From Vicinamibacteria bacterium (lineage in GTDB: Bacteria > Acidobacteriota > Vicinamibacteria > Marinacidobacterales > Marinacidobacteraceae), in contig CAXXLQ010000004.1 of assembly GCA_963668695.2 (NCBI GenBank), forward strand, positions 2,784,001 through 2,848,000: 64,000 nt of DNA. The letters run 5' to 3'. The notes below the pieces were generated by a model. The model did no database searches, was not told where the DNA came from, and saw only the letters and a list, made by a program, of their open reading frames with translations. The position numbers and the translations under genes are program-made. Below, piece after piece: positions 56,272 through 64,000 of the stretch (position 1 is its first letter; every line of letters starts with the position of its first letter).

Positions 56272-58395
56272 TCAGTCTGATCCCGGCAGGTAGCGCTCCC
56301 GGAACTTCTCGATCGCCGGGAGGAGCGGTTGGCGATCGTGCAGGGTGCCGGCGAACAAGTCACCCAGCCGGTCGAGACGTTCGGGCAGGGTGGCGATCGT
56401 GAAGCGGTCGGGGCGGAGATCTCCGTCGAGTTCGTCCCAGTCCAGGGGAGCCGAGACCGATGCGGCCGGCACCGGACGCGCCGCATAGGGAGGAACCACC
56501 GTTTGCCCGCGCCGATTCTGGAGGAAGTCGAGGTACACCCGCCCCCGCCGCCGGGAGGTGGTCCGTTCGACGGTGGCGATGTCCCGGTGTTCGCCGGCAA
56601 CGTGGGTGGAAACCGCCTCGGCGAACTGACGGACCACGTCGTAGGGATAGATCGGTTCCAGCGGGACGTAGATGTGAAGCCCCGTCGCGCCGGACGTCTT
56701 CAGATAGGGGCGCAACCCGATCCCGCGAAGCACCTTGCCGAAGGCCCGGGCGAGGCGGACCACGTCGCTGAACGGTCCTCCCCCCGGGTCGAGATCGAAG
56801 ACCGCCCAGTCCGGTGTTTCGCGGTGCGTTCTCCGGGACAGCCAGGGGTGGATATCGATGCTCCCCAGGTTCGCGGCGAAGAGCAGCGCGGCCGCGTCGT
56901 TCACGATGAGGTAGCGGATCGTTTCACCCCGGTGACCCGAAGGGATCTCCTCGCTCACGATCCACTCCGGCGTGTGATCGGGGAGGTTCTTCTGGTAGAA
57001 GGCCTTGCCCCCGACGCCATCGGGATATCGAAGCAGGTGCGACGGGCGCTCGTGGAGGTAGGGGAGGAGGTGTTCGGCCACCCGGTCGTAGTAGCGGATC
57101 AGGTCTCCCTTCGTGTAGCCATGGTCCGGCCAGAACACCTTGTCCAGATTCGTGAAGCGGAGCGGCCTGGCCGACGCGCGCGCCGCCCGCTGCCGGGAGA
57201 GGCCCGCGAGGAGGTGATCGGACGGATCCCCGGTGCCGACGCTTCCGGCGGGAATGCGCAGGCAGTCGGCAAGGCGGTTCGGGTCGCCCGCAAGCACCGG
57301 CTCGGTCGGATATACGCCGGCGCTTCGCCGCGCGATCGTCCCGGGAAGCCCGGCGGCCTCGCAGGTCGCATGGAACTCTTGTCCGCGGACGGCCACATGG
57401 TCTCCGAAGAGCAGTGCGCCGCCGGGCGGCAGCAGGGTGGAGAGAAGGGTCTTCCGTTCGAGGAGGGGGACGTTCCGCACGTCCCACTCCTCGTAGCGGA
57501 GCAGGTCGTTCAGGTAGAGCGAAACCGGAATTGAGCGATCCCCCGCCAGGTACAACGCCAGGCGTTCACGGGAGGGCCGTTCGGTCTCGTCGGTGCTCAC
57601 GAGCGTCCCATGCGCGAGGAACTCTTCGGCGCGCAGAGATTCGGCGTCCGCCAGGATCTCTGGCAGCGCGAGTCGGATCCGGTCGTCTCCCGTTTCCAGA
57701 AACGCCCGGGCCTCGCGCCGCCCGAGAAAGACAGGGACGCCGTCGAGTTCCGGCTCGAAGATCCAGGCGCCATCCGTGAATGGTTCCCGCTCGCCCTGCG
57801 GGCGGACCGGAGTGGGAGGCGGTTCGCCGGTCCACGGCGCGGCTCCTTGCAGTTCGAAAAATGGCTGGCGATCCGATTCGCTGCGGACGTAGCGGTCACG
57901 CCCCTTGAAGAGGAGCCACTCGTCCTGCCCTCGCTTGGTTTTCACCAGGTGCCAGGAGCCTCGCAGCTTGCGGCCGGACAGGTGCACCACCAGCTTCCCG
58001 GCCTCGATCCCGGCGGCCCCCTGATCCTCGCCTCCCTCAGTGATCCGATAGGTGCCCCGGTCCCATATCGCCATGGTGCCGCCGCCGTACTCCCCCTCGG
58101 GAATCACCCCTTCGAAATGGGTGTACGCGAGCGGGTGGTCCTCGGTCCGCACGGCGAGCTTCTTGACCTCGGGGTCATAGCAAAAGCCCCGGGGCACGGC
58201 CCATGACCGGAGGACTCCGTGCATTTCCAGCCTCAGGTCGTAGTGGAGCCGGCGAGCCTCATGGCGGTGGACCACAAAGCGGCGGCCCGTCGGCAACGCC
58301 GTGCCCGGGGCGCCTTCCGGCGGGGGTTCGGGCGTGCGACCGAAATCCCGCTTCGTCACGTAAGCGGTGATCGTTTTGGATCGCTTGTCGGGCAT
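56272..58395 (-). CDS. ligD: LigD-like protein: 3'-phosphoesterase, degenerate ligase and primase-polymerase domains
   Basis: Y..KRDF..TPEP, FVVHRHEARRLHYDLRLE, SWAVPRG and TEDHPL.Y (PE domain). TNLDKVFWP, RYPDG, FYQKN, FDLDPG, KTSG..GLHIYVP and YLDFLQN (Pol domain). Confidence 0.88.
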   Translation of the reverse strand: MPDKRSKTITAYVTKRDFGRTPEPPPEGAPGTALPTGRRFVVHRHEARRLHYDLRLEMHGVLRSWAVPRGFCYDPEVKKLAVRTEDHPLAYTHFEGVIPEGEYGGGTMAIWDRGTYRITEGGEDQGAAGIEAGKLVVHLSGRKLRGSWHLVKTKRGQDEWLLFKGRDRYVRSESDRQPFFELQGAAPWTGEPPPTPVRPQGEREPFTDGAWIFEPELDGVPVFLGRREARAFLETGDDRIRLALPEILADAESLRAEEFLAHGTLVSTDETERPSRERLALYLAGDRSIPVSLYLNDLLRYEEWDVRNVPLLERKTLLSTLLPPGGALLFGDHVAVRGQEFHATCEAAGLPGTIARRSAGVYPTEPVLAGDPNRLADCLRIPAGSVGTGDPSDHLLAGLSRQRAARASARPLRFTNLDKVFWPDHGYTKGDLIRYYDRVAEHLLPYLHERPSHLLRYPDGVGGKAFYQKNLPDHTPEWIVSEEIPSGHRGETIRYLIVNDAAALLFAANLGSIDIHPWLSRRTHRETPDWAVFDLDPGGGPFSDVVRLARAFGKVLRGIGLRPYLKTSGATGLHIYVPLEPIYPYDVVRQFAEAVSTHVAGEHRDIATVERTTSRRRGRVYLDFLQNRRGQTVVPPYAARPVPAASVSAPLDWDELDGDLRPDRFTIATLPERLDRLGDLFAGTLHDRQPLLPAIEKFRERYLPGSD

Positions 58396-58449
58396 GTCGG
58401 GCAGACCGAAACGCCGGTCTGGGTGCTCCATTCTGGCGGCTCCGGGACT

Positions 58450-58652
58450 AACAGCCTGTCGACAAGGTCACGCGGCCCGGTTCTCCCGGTGGGGGCTCGG
58501 CTGGCGATGCATCCCGGCTGAACGGCGACGCTTTCGCGTCGCTCATCGTTGCGTTTCGCTCGAAATACACCAGGTATTTCCTCCCTCACGCGCCTTGTCA
58601 GCCGGGCGCCTCGCCAGCCTCGGCGCTCACGTCACTTTATCGACAGACTGTT
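58450..58652 (+). mobile_element. MITE-like element, family A (carries the 15-bp cassette)
   Basis: TIRs AACAGCCTGTCGACAAGGT / ACTTTATCGACAGACTGTT and the family core. Confidence 0.8.
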
Positions 58653-59077
58653 GGCGCGAAGGACGGTTTCCAAGCCGGCTTCCCCGGCGAGGTCATTCCT
58701 TGACAGAGGATCGGGGCGCGCTAATCTGCCGTTACCCAGTCGGTTTCCCGCAACCGGCGTTACGGGTGCGCTCGTCCCGTGCGCGGCTCCAAGGGTCCGG
58801 GTTTCCGGGCCCACCTCCATCCGTCTCCTTCCTTCCTCAAAGGAGCCAGAACGGGACACCCCTTGGGGGATGTCCGGGAGCCGCGTCGGGCAGACAACTG
58901 TATCCGGTTGCCGGATCGGCTGCCGCTCGGTCGGTAGTGCGCGCTGGCCGGGGAGTCCCGCCGGAAGAACTAGCCCGGATCGCCTGCCTCGCTCCCGTCT
59001 TTCCAGAGCGTCGAGGCCACCCCGAACCCGCTACCATCGGGACTCCGGGATTTCGCTCTGTGACTACCGTTCCGAAA

Positions 59078-59113
59078 CCATCAGTTTGCCCATCAGTTTG
59101 CCCATCGGTTTGC
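59078..59113. repeat. 3 x 12-bp tandem repeat
   Basis: CCATCAGTTTGC CCATCAGTTTGC CCATCGGTTTGC. Confidence 0.85.
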
Positions 59114-59168
59114 CTGGTTGAGACACGGAGCGGGGCGGTGACGTCCCCGGCAGCCGGAGGCCGCTCAG

Positions 59169-61367
59169 ATGCCGAAACTCCTGACTGATCCGTACCGGCC
59201 GTCATCTCGACCCTCGAGCCGGGGCCCTTGGCGTCCGGCGTTTCTCGCGGGGGCGATCCTCGTGGCCGCGTTCTTCATCGGCTGCGACGAGCCGGCGGAC
59301 GCTCCGAGCATGACGCTCGAGGAGATCCTCGACATCCGTCACCCGACCGAACCGGTCTGGACCCCCGACGGTTCCGAAGTCATCTTCGTCTGGGACCTGA
59401 ACCAGCAGATGGACCTTTACGCGGTAGAGCCCGGGTCCGGGGAGCCGCCGCGGCAATTGACCCGGTGGGGGGATTCCTACGAGGAGATTTCGGGTCTTTT
59501 CTGGGGCGCGGAGGGTGATGTCCTCCACTTCGTGCGCAATGGCCGGCTCTACCAAATGAATCCGGACCTCGCGGGAACCCTCAGAGCGGTGTTCCCTGAA
59601 GAACCGGGTGGAGAATCCGGCTTTGCTCCATCCCCGGACGGCGGGCGGGTGGCCTTCGCCCGGGGTGGCGATCTCCACGTCCGGGACCTTGCCGACGGCG
59701 CCGAGATGCAGTTGACCCGCACTGGCGACCGTTCGGAGGGCGGGGCCGCCTGGTCGCCGGACGCGCGTTTCATCGCCTACACGGTTTCGACCAGTGAGAC
59801 TTTGGACGAGACCCACGAGGTCTCCGGCGACAAGCTGGTGTTTCGGAGCTTTCCGGGGACTCCGCCCGACCTGTGGGCGGTGCCCGTCATCGCGGGCGGG
59901 GTGGCGCGGCGAATCGCCGCCGGCCCCGGTGCCGAATCGAGCCCCCGCTGGCTCGATGCGGCGCGCCTGATCTTCCAGGAGGTGTCCCCGGACCACCGCA
60001 CGCGTTCGGTGGTGCTTGCCGACCTCCGGGACGGCTCGTTGCGCACCCTTCACCGCACGGAGGACGAGAAGTGGTGGAGCCTCGCGTACCTGGGGGCGGA
60101 GCCGCGACCCTCGCCGGACGGAGCGTGGGTGGCTCTGCTCGATGACTCCTCAGGCTGGGATCAACTGGTAGTGGTTTCCGTCGCCGACGGTTCGGCGCAC
60201 GCGCTGACGGGCGAAGGAGAGGAGGCGCGGCGCTACGCCTGGTCGCCCGACGGCCGGTTCCTCGCCTGGGATGCGAACCCGGATCACCCCGGCCAACGCC
60301 AGCTCTTCGCCGTGGATGCCGCGGATCTGCCGGAAGCGACCCCGAGGCGATTGACCTCGGCTCGGGGAACGAACGTCCAGCCCGGCACGAGGAGCGGGTT
60401 CCTCCTGGCCTCGGAGCACGGCGGGTTCTCTCCGGACGGCAACCGCATCGTCTATCAGCACGCCGGTCCGCGCGCCCCGGCGGATCTCTTCGTGGTGGAC
60501 ACCGCCAGCTCCGGCGAACCGGTGCGGCTCACCAACTCATTGCCCGAGACGCTCGACCCGGCGCTCTTCACCGAGGGCGAGTTCGTCCGCTACCCGGCCC
60601 GCGACGGGGGAGAGGTCCCGGGCTATCTCTTCGTGCCTGACGGGCTCGACGGTTCCGTCCGGCATCCCGCCATCGTCTGGGTGCATGGCGACGGGATCGC
60701 GCAGAACTATGACGGCTGGCACGTCCGCCGCGACTACGGGGTGTACCACTCGTTCCACCAGCTCCTCGTTTCCGAGGGGTACGTCGTGTTCATGCCCGAC
60801 TATCGCGGCAGCATCGGATACGGCCGCGACTTCCGGCAGGAGTCGTACCGCGACGTGGGAGGAGGGGACTACCAGGATGTCGCCGCGGCGGGCGAATACC
60901 TGAAGACCCTCGAGTTCGTGGACCCGGATCGCATCGGCGTCTGGGGCCTCAGCTACGGAGGCTTCATGACGATGCAGGCGCTGACGCTCGATCCGACCCT
61001 GTTTGCCGGCGGAGTGAACGTCGCCGGCGTCGGGGACTTCCGCCTCTGGTTCCGTGATCCGGGCGGACGCTGGGTGGAAGGCCGCATGGGAACTCCGGAG
61101 GAGAACCCCGCCGTGTATGAGCTTGGGGCGCCGGCCGACCGGGTGGACCGTATCGAGCGTCCGCTCCTGATGCTCCATGGCACGCCGGACGTGAACGTGC
61201 CTTACTTCGAATCCATCAACCTGGCCGACCGCCTGCTGCGGGCCGGCAAGGACTTCGAGTTCGTCACCTACCCCGGCGAGTTCCACTACTTTCACCGTGA
61301 GCACGTGCTCCGGGACGCCTGGACCCGGGTGCGGCGCTTCTTCGGCCAGCACCTCCGCGGGTCGTAG
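59169..61367 (+). CDS. S9-family (prolyl oligopeptidase/DPP-like) peptidase, probable lipoprotein
   Basis: FFIGC lipobox-like, PD40 propeller, VWVHGDG, DYRGS.GYG, GVWGLSYGG nucleophile, HGTPDVNV, YPGEFH. Confidence 0.9.
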   Translation: MPKLLTDPYRPSSRPSSRGPWRPAFLAGAILVAAFFIGCDEPADAPSMTLEEILDIRHPTEPVWTPDGSEVIFVWDLNQQMDLYAVEPGSGEPPRQLTRWGDSYEEISGLFWGAEGDVLHFVRNGRLYQMNPDLAGTLRAVFPEEPGGESGFAPSPDGGRVAFARGGDLHVRDLADGAEMQLTRTGDRSEGGAAWSPDARFIAYTVSTSETLDETHEVSGDKLVFRSFPGTPPDLWAVPVIAGGVARRIAAGPGAESSPRWLDAARLIFQEVSPDHRTRSVVLADLRDGSLRTLHRTEDEKWWSLAYLGAEPRPSPDGAWVALLDDSSGWDQLVVVSVADGSAHALTGEGEEARRYAWSPDGRFLAWDANPDHPGQRQLFAVDAADLPEATPRRLTSARGTNVQPGTRSGFLLASEHGGFSPDGNRIVYQHAGPRAPADLFVVDTASSGEPVRLTNSLPETLDPALFTEGEFVRYPARDGGEVPGYLFVPDGLDGSVRHPAIVWVHGDGIAQNYDGWHVRRDYGVYHSFHQLLVSEGYVVFMPDYRGSIGYGRDFRQESYRDVGGGDYQDVAAAGEYLKTLEFVDPDRIGVWGLSYGGFMTMQALTLDPTLFAGGVNVAGVGDFRLWFRDPGGRWVEGRMGTPEENPAVYELGAPADRVDRIERPLLMLHGTPDVNVPYFESINLADRLLRAGKDFEFVTYPGEFHYFHREHVLRDAWTRVRRFFGQHLRGS

Positions 61368-61419
61368 CAGCGTGTCGGTGGCAATGCGGGCAAGCGTGAC
61401 GCCCCCGAAGGACGCCCAG

Positions 61420-63615
61420 ATGTCAAAACTCCTCACCGACGTTTCCGGTTCTCCACCATCCGGTCCCATGTCGTTCTTTCGAGGAGCAGCGTTCGTGGCG
61501 GGGTCGGCGTTCCTCGCGGGGGGGCTCTTCGCCGGCTGCGACGAACCCGTGGAGGCGCCGCTCATGACCCTCGAGGACATCCTCGACATCCGCCACCCCA
61601 CCGAACCCGTGTGGAGCCCGGACGGGAGCCAGGTCGTCTTCGTCTGGGATCTGAACCAGCAGATGGATCTCTACGCGGTGGAGCCGGGCTCGGGCGAACC
61701 GCCTCGACAGCTCACCCGCTGGGGCGACTCCTACGATGAAATCTCCGACCTTTTCTGGGGCGCGGACGGTGACCTCCTCTATTTCGTGCGCAACGGGCGG
61801 CTCTATGAGATGAATCCGGACCTCGCGGGGACGCTTGAGACGGTCTTTCCCGACGAACCCGGCGGCGAATCCGGGTTTCAGCCGTCCAGAGACCGCCGGC
61901 GCATCGCCTTCAGCCGGGGCGGCGATCTCTACGTCCGGGAGCTTGCGCGCGGAGCGGAGATGCAGTTGACGCGCACCGGCGACCGCTCGGAGGACGGCGC
62001 CGTCTGGTCTCCGGACGGGCGGTTCCTCGCCTACACGGTTTCACGCCGCGAGACGCTGGACGAGACCCCCGAGATTTCCGGCGCCAGGCTCGTCTTTCGG
62101 CGGTCCCGGGGGTCGCCGCCGGACGTCTGGGCGGTGCCCGTCATCGCTGGCGGGGTGGCGCGGCGGATCGCCGCCGGTCCCGGCTCCCATGCAAGCCCCC
62201 GCTGGCTCGACGCAGCCCGGCTGATCTTCCAGGAAGTTTCCCCCGATTACCGGACCCGCTCGGTGGTGCTCGCGGACCTCCGGGACGGTTCGCTCCGGAC
62301 CCTCCACCGCACGGAGGACGAGAAGTGGTGGAGCCTCGGCTACCTGGGGGCGGAGCCGCGTCCGTCTCCCGACGGCGAGTGGGTGGCTCTTCTGGACGAC
62401 GCCTCGGGTTGGGATCAACTGCTGGTGGTCTCGGTGGCGGACGGCTCGGCGCACGCGCTGACCGGGGAAGGGGAGGAGGTGCGGCGGTACGCGTGGTCCC
62501 CCGACGGCCGGTCCCTGGCCTGGGACGCGAATCCGGATCATCCCGGGCAGCGCCAGCTCTTTGCCGTGGACACCGCGGATTTGCCCGTCGTCACGCCCAG
62601 ACGGTTGACCTCGGCGCGGGGAACGAACGTTCAACCGAAGAGGAGGACGGGGTTCCAACTATCCTCCGAACACGGTGGCTTCTCGCCCGACGGCAGCCGC
62701 ATCGTGTATCAGCACACGGGCCCGCGCGCCCCGCCGGATCTCTTTGTGGTGGACACCAGCGGCTCCGGTGAACCGGTGCGGCTTACGAACTCGCTTCCCG
62801 AGACGCTCGACCCGGCGCTTTTCACCGAAGGCGAATTCGTCCGCTTTCCAGCCCGGGACGGGGGCGAGGTTCCCGGCTATCTCTTCGTCGCCAAGGGGCT
62901 TGACCGTTCCGTCCGGCATCCCGCCGTCGTCTGGGTCCACGGCGACGGGATCGCCCAGAACTACGACGGCTGGCACCTCCGGCGCGACTACGGGGTGTAC
63001 CACTCGTTCCACCAACTCCTCGTTTCGGAGGGGTACGTCGTGCTCATGCCCGACTATCGCGGCAGCGTCGGTTACGGCCGCGATTTCCGGCAGGGGGTCT
63101 ACCGCGACGTCGGGGGGGAGGACTATCAGGACAACGCCGCGGCGGCCGACTACCTGAAGACCCTCGAGTTCGTGGATCCGGACGGCATCGGCATCTGGGG
63201 ACTCAGCTACGGCGGGTTCATGACGATGCAGGCGCTGACGCTCGACCCGACGCTCTTTGCCGCCGGGGTGAACGTCGCCGGCCCCGGGCAATTCCGCGAC
63301 AACCGAGGGCGCTGGGCAGTGGGGCGCATGGGGACTCCCGAGGAGAACCCCGCAGGCCATGACCTGGCGGCCCCCGCCGACCGCGTGGAACGCGTCGAGC
63401 GTCCGCTTCTGATGCTCCACGGGACATCGGACGTCAACGTGCATTACTTCGAGTCCGTCAACCTGGCCGACCGGCTGCTGCGGGCCGGCAAGGATTTCGA
63501 CTTCGTCACCTATCCCGGGGAGTTCCACTACTTTCACCGGGAGCACGTGCTCCGGGACGCCTGGACCCGGGTGCGGCGCTTCTTCGACGAGCATCTCGAG
63601 CCCGGCCCGAGGTAG
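61420..63615 (+). CDS. S9-family peptidase, tandem paralogue, probable lipoprotein
   Basis: LFAGC, GIWGLSYGG, HGTSDVNV, YPGEFH; colinear with the upstream paralogue. Start ATG 61420 (MSKLLTD, compare MPKLLTD). Confidence 0.9.
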   Translation: MSKLLTDVSGSPPSGPMSFFRGAAFVAGSAFLAGGLFAGCDEPVEAPLMTLEDILDIRHPTEPVWSPDGSQVVFVWDLNQQMDLYAVEPGSGEPPRQLTRWGDSYDEISDLFWGADGDLLYFVRNGRLYEMNPDLAGTLETVFPDEPGGESGFQPSRDRRRIAFSRGGDLYVRELARGAEMQLTRTGDRSEDGAVWSPDGRFLAYTVSRRETLDETPEISGARLVFRRSRGSPPDVWAVPVIAGGVARRIAAGPGSHASPRWLDAARLIFQEVSPDYRTRSVVLADLRDGSLRTLHRTEDEKWWSLGYLGAEPRPSPDGEWVALLDDASGWDQLLVVSVADGSAHALTGEGEEVRRYAWSPDGRSLAWDANPDHPGQRQLFAVDTADLPVVTPRRLTSARGTNVQPKRRTGFQLSSEHGGFSPDGSRIVYQHTGPRAPPDLFVVDTSGSGEPVRLTNSLPETLDPALFTEGEFVRFPARDGGEVPGYLFVAKGLDRSVRHPAVVWVHGDGIAQNYDGWHLRRDYGVYHSFHQLLVSEGYVVLMPDYRGSVGYGRDFRQGVYRDVGGEDYQDNAAAADYLKTLEFVDPDGIGIWGLSYGGFMTMQALTLDPTLFAAGVNVAGPGQFRDNRGRWAVGRMGTPEENPAGHDLAAPADRVERVERPLLMLHGTSDVNVHYFESVNLADRLLRAGKDFDFVTYPGEFHYFHREHVLRDAWTRVRRFFDEHLEPGPR

Positions 63616-63657
63616 AGCAGATTCGGGCGGCCCGCACGCGCCGCGGCGCCGGCTCCG

Positions 63658-64000
63658 TCAGCCCAGGGCGGCGCGGAAACGGTGGGCCAGTTCGTCCGGT
63701 CCGGTCCGGTTCCAGGTCTCGTTGACGCCGATCATGAAACCGCCGTCCGACCGGACACCTCCCAGATCCACCTGCTGCTCGCCGAGGCGGCGCCGAAACG
63801 CCTCGGCTTCGGCGCCGGCTACCCACAGCCGGAACAGGTTGGTGCCGCCGGCCATCCGCTCGACGCGGAACGCCTCGTGCCGGTCCACCTCGGAAATGAA
63901 GGACTCGGAGACCGCCACCGCTTTCGCAAATCGCTCGATGAATCCCGGAAGAAAACTGAGCGCGACCGCCGCGAAGGGCCACGCGGCGGGGAGTCCGCTG
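63658..64000 (-). CDS. C-terminal part of a threonine aldolase/beta-eliminating lyase-like protein (runs off the window)
   Basis: Open frame GLPAAWPFAAVALSFLPGFIERFAKAVAVSE...GGTNLFRL...VNETWNR. Family call is from recalled similarity only. Confidence 0.5.
   Translation of the reverse strand, partial: SGLPAAWPFAAVALSFLPGFIERFAKAVAVSESFISEVDRHEAFRVERMAGGTNLFRLWVAGAEAEAFRRRLGEQQVDLGGVRSDGGFMIGVNETWNRTGPDELAHRFRAALG

Noticed and set aside
58367-59205. ORFs 58367-59188, 58549-59121 and 58837-59205
   Set aside because: They span a MITE and a tandem repeat, have no recognisable domains and look like GC-rich spurious frames.

Overview
High-GC bacterial window; gene content (GWxTD protein, DUF2911, Tat-exported aminotransferases, Calx-beta giant protein) is suggestive of Acidobacteriota, which is inference only. 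From left to right: (1) a VapC PIN toxin with a two-domain antitoxin; (2) a beta-propeller/PHP-type metallohydrolase; (3) a selenium locus, in which two tandem rhodanese genes have an in-frame TGA at the catalytic Cys position followed by matching hairpins (predicted selenoproteins, one a lipoprotein; split by the ORF caller), next to divergent senA/senB selenoneine genes; (4) a GT2-GtrA fusion and a TMTC-like GT-C/TPR glycosyltransferase transcribed divergently from one ~33.5 kb gene for a Thr-rich Calx-beta/Ig-like adhesin (~70 tandem ~351-bp repeats, autotransporter-like C-terminus, broken by indels that look like assembly artefacts); (5) an M24 peptidase, two Tat-signal PLP aminotransferases, DUF2911, GWxTD-murB-murA (Cys-to-Asp MurA), a LigD with a degenerate ligase domain, two S9 peptidase paralogues and a partial Thr-aldolase-like gene. 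Intergenic DNA carries a ~175-200 bp MITE-like family, a REP-like family, and a 15-bp cassette inserted with short GGCC/GCC duplications at five distinct sites inside those repeats.
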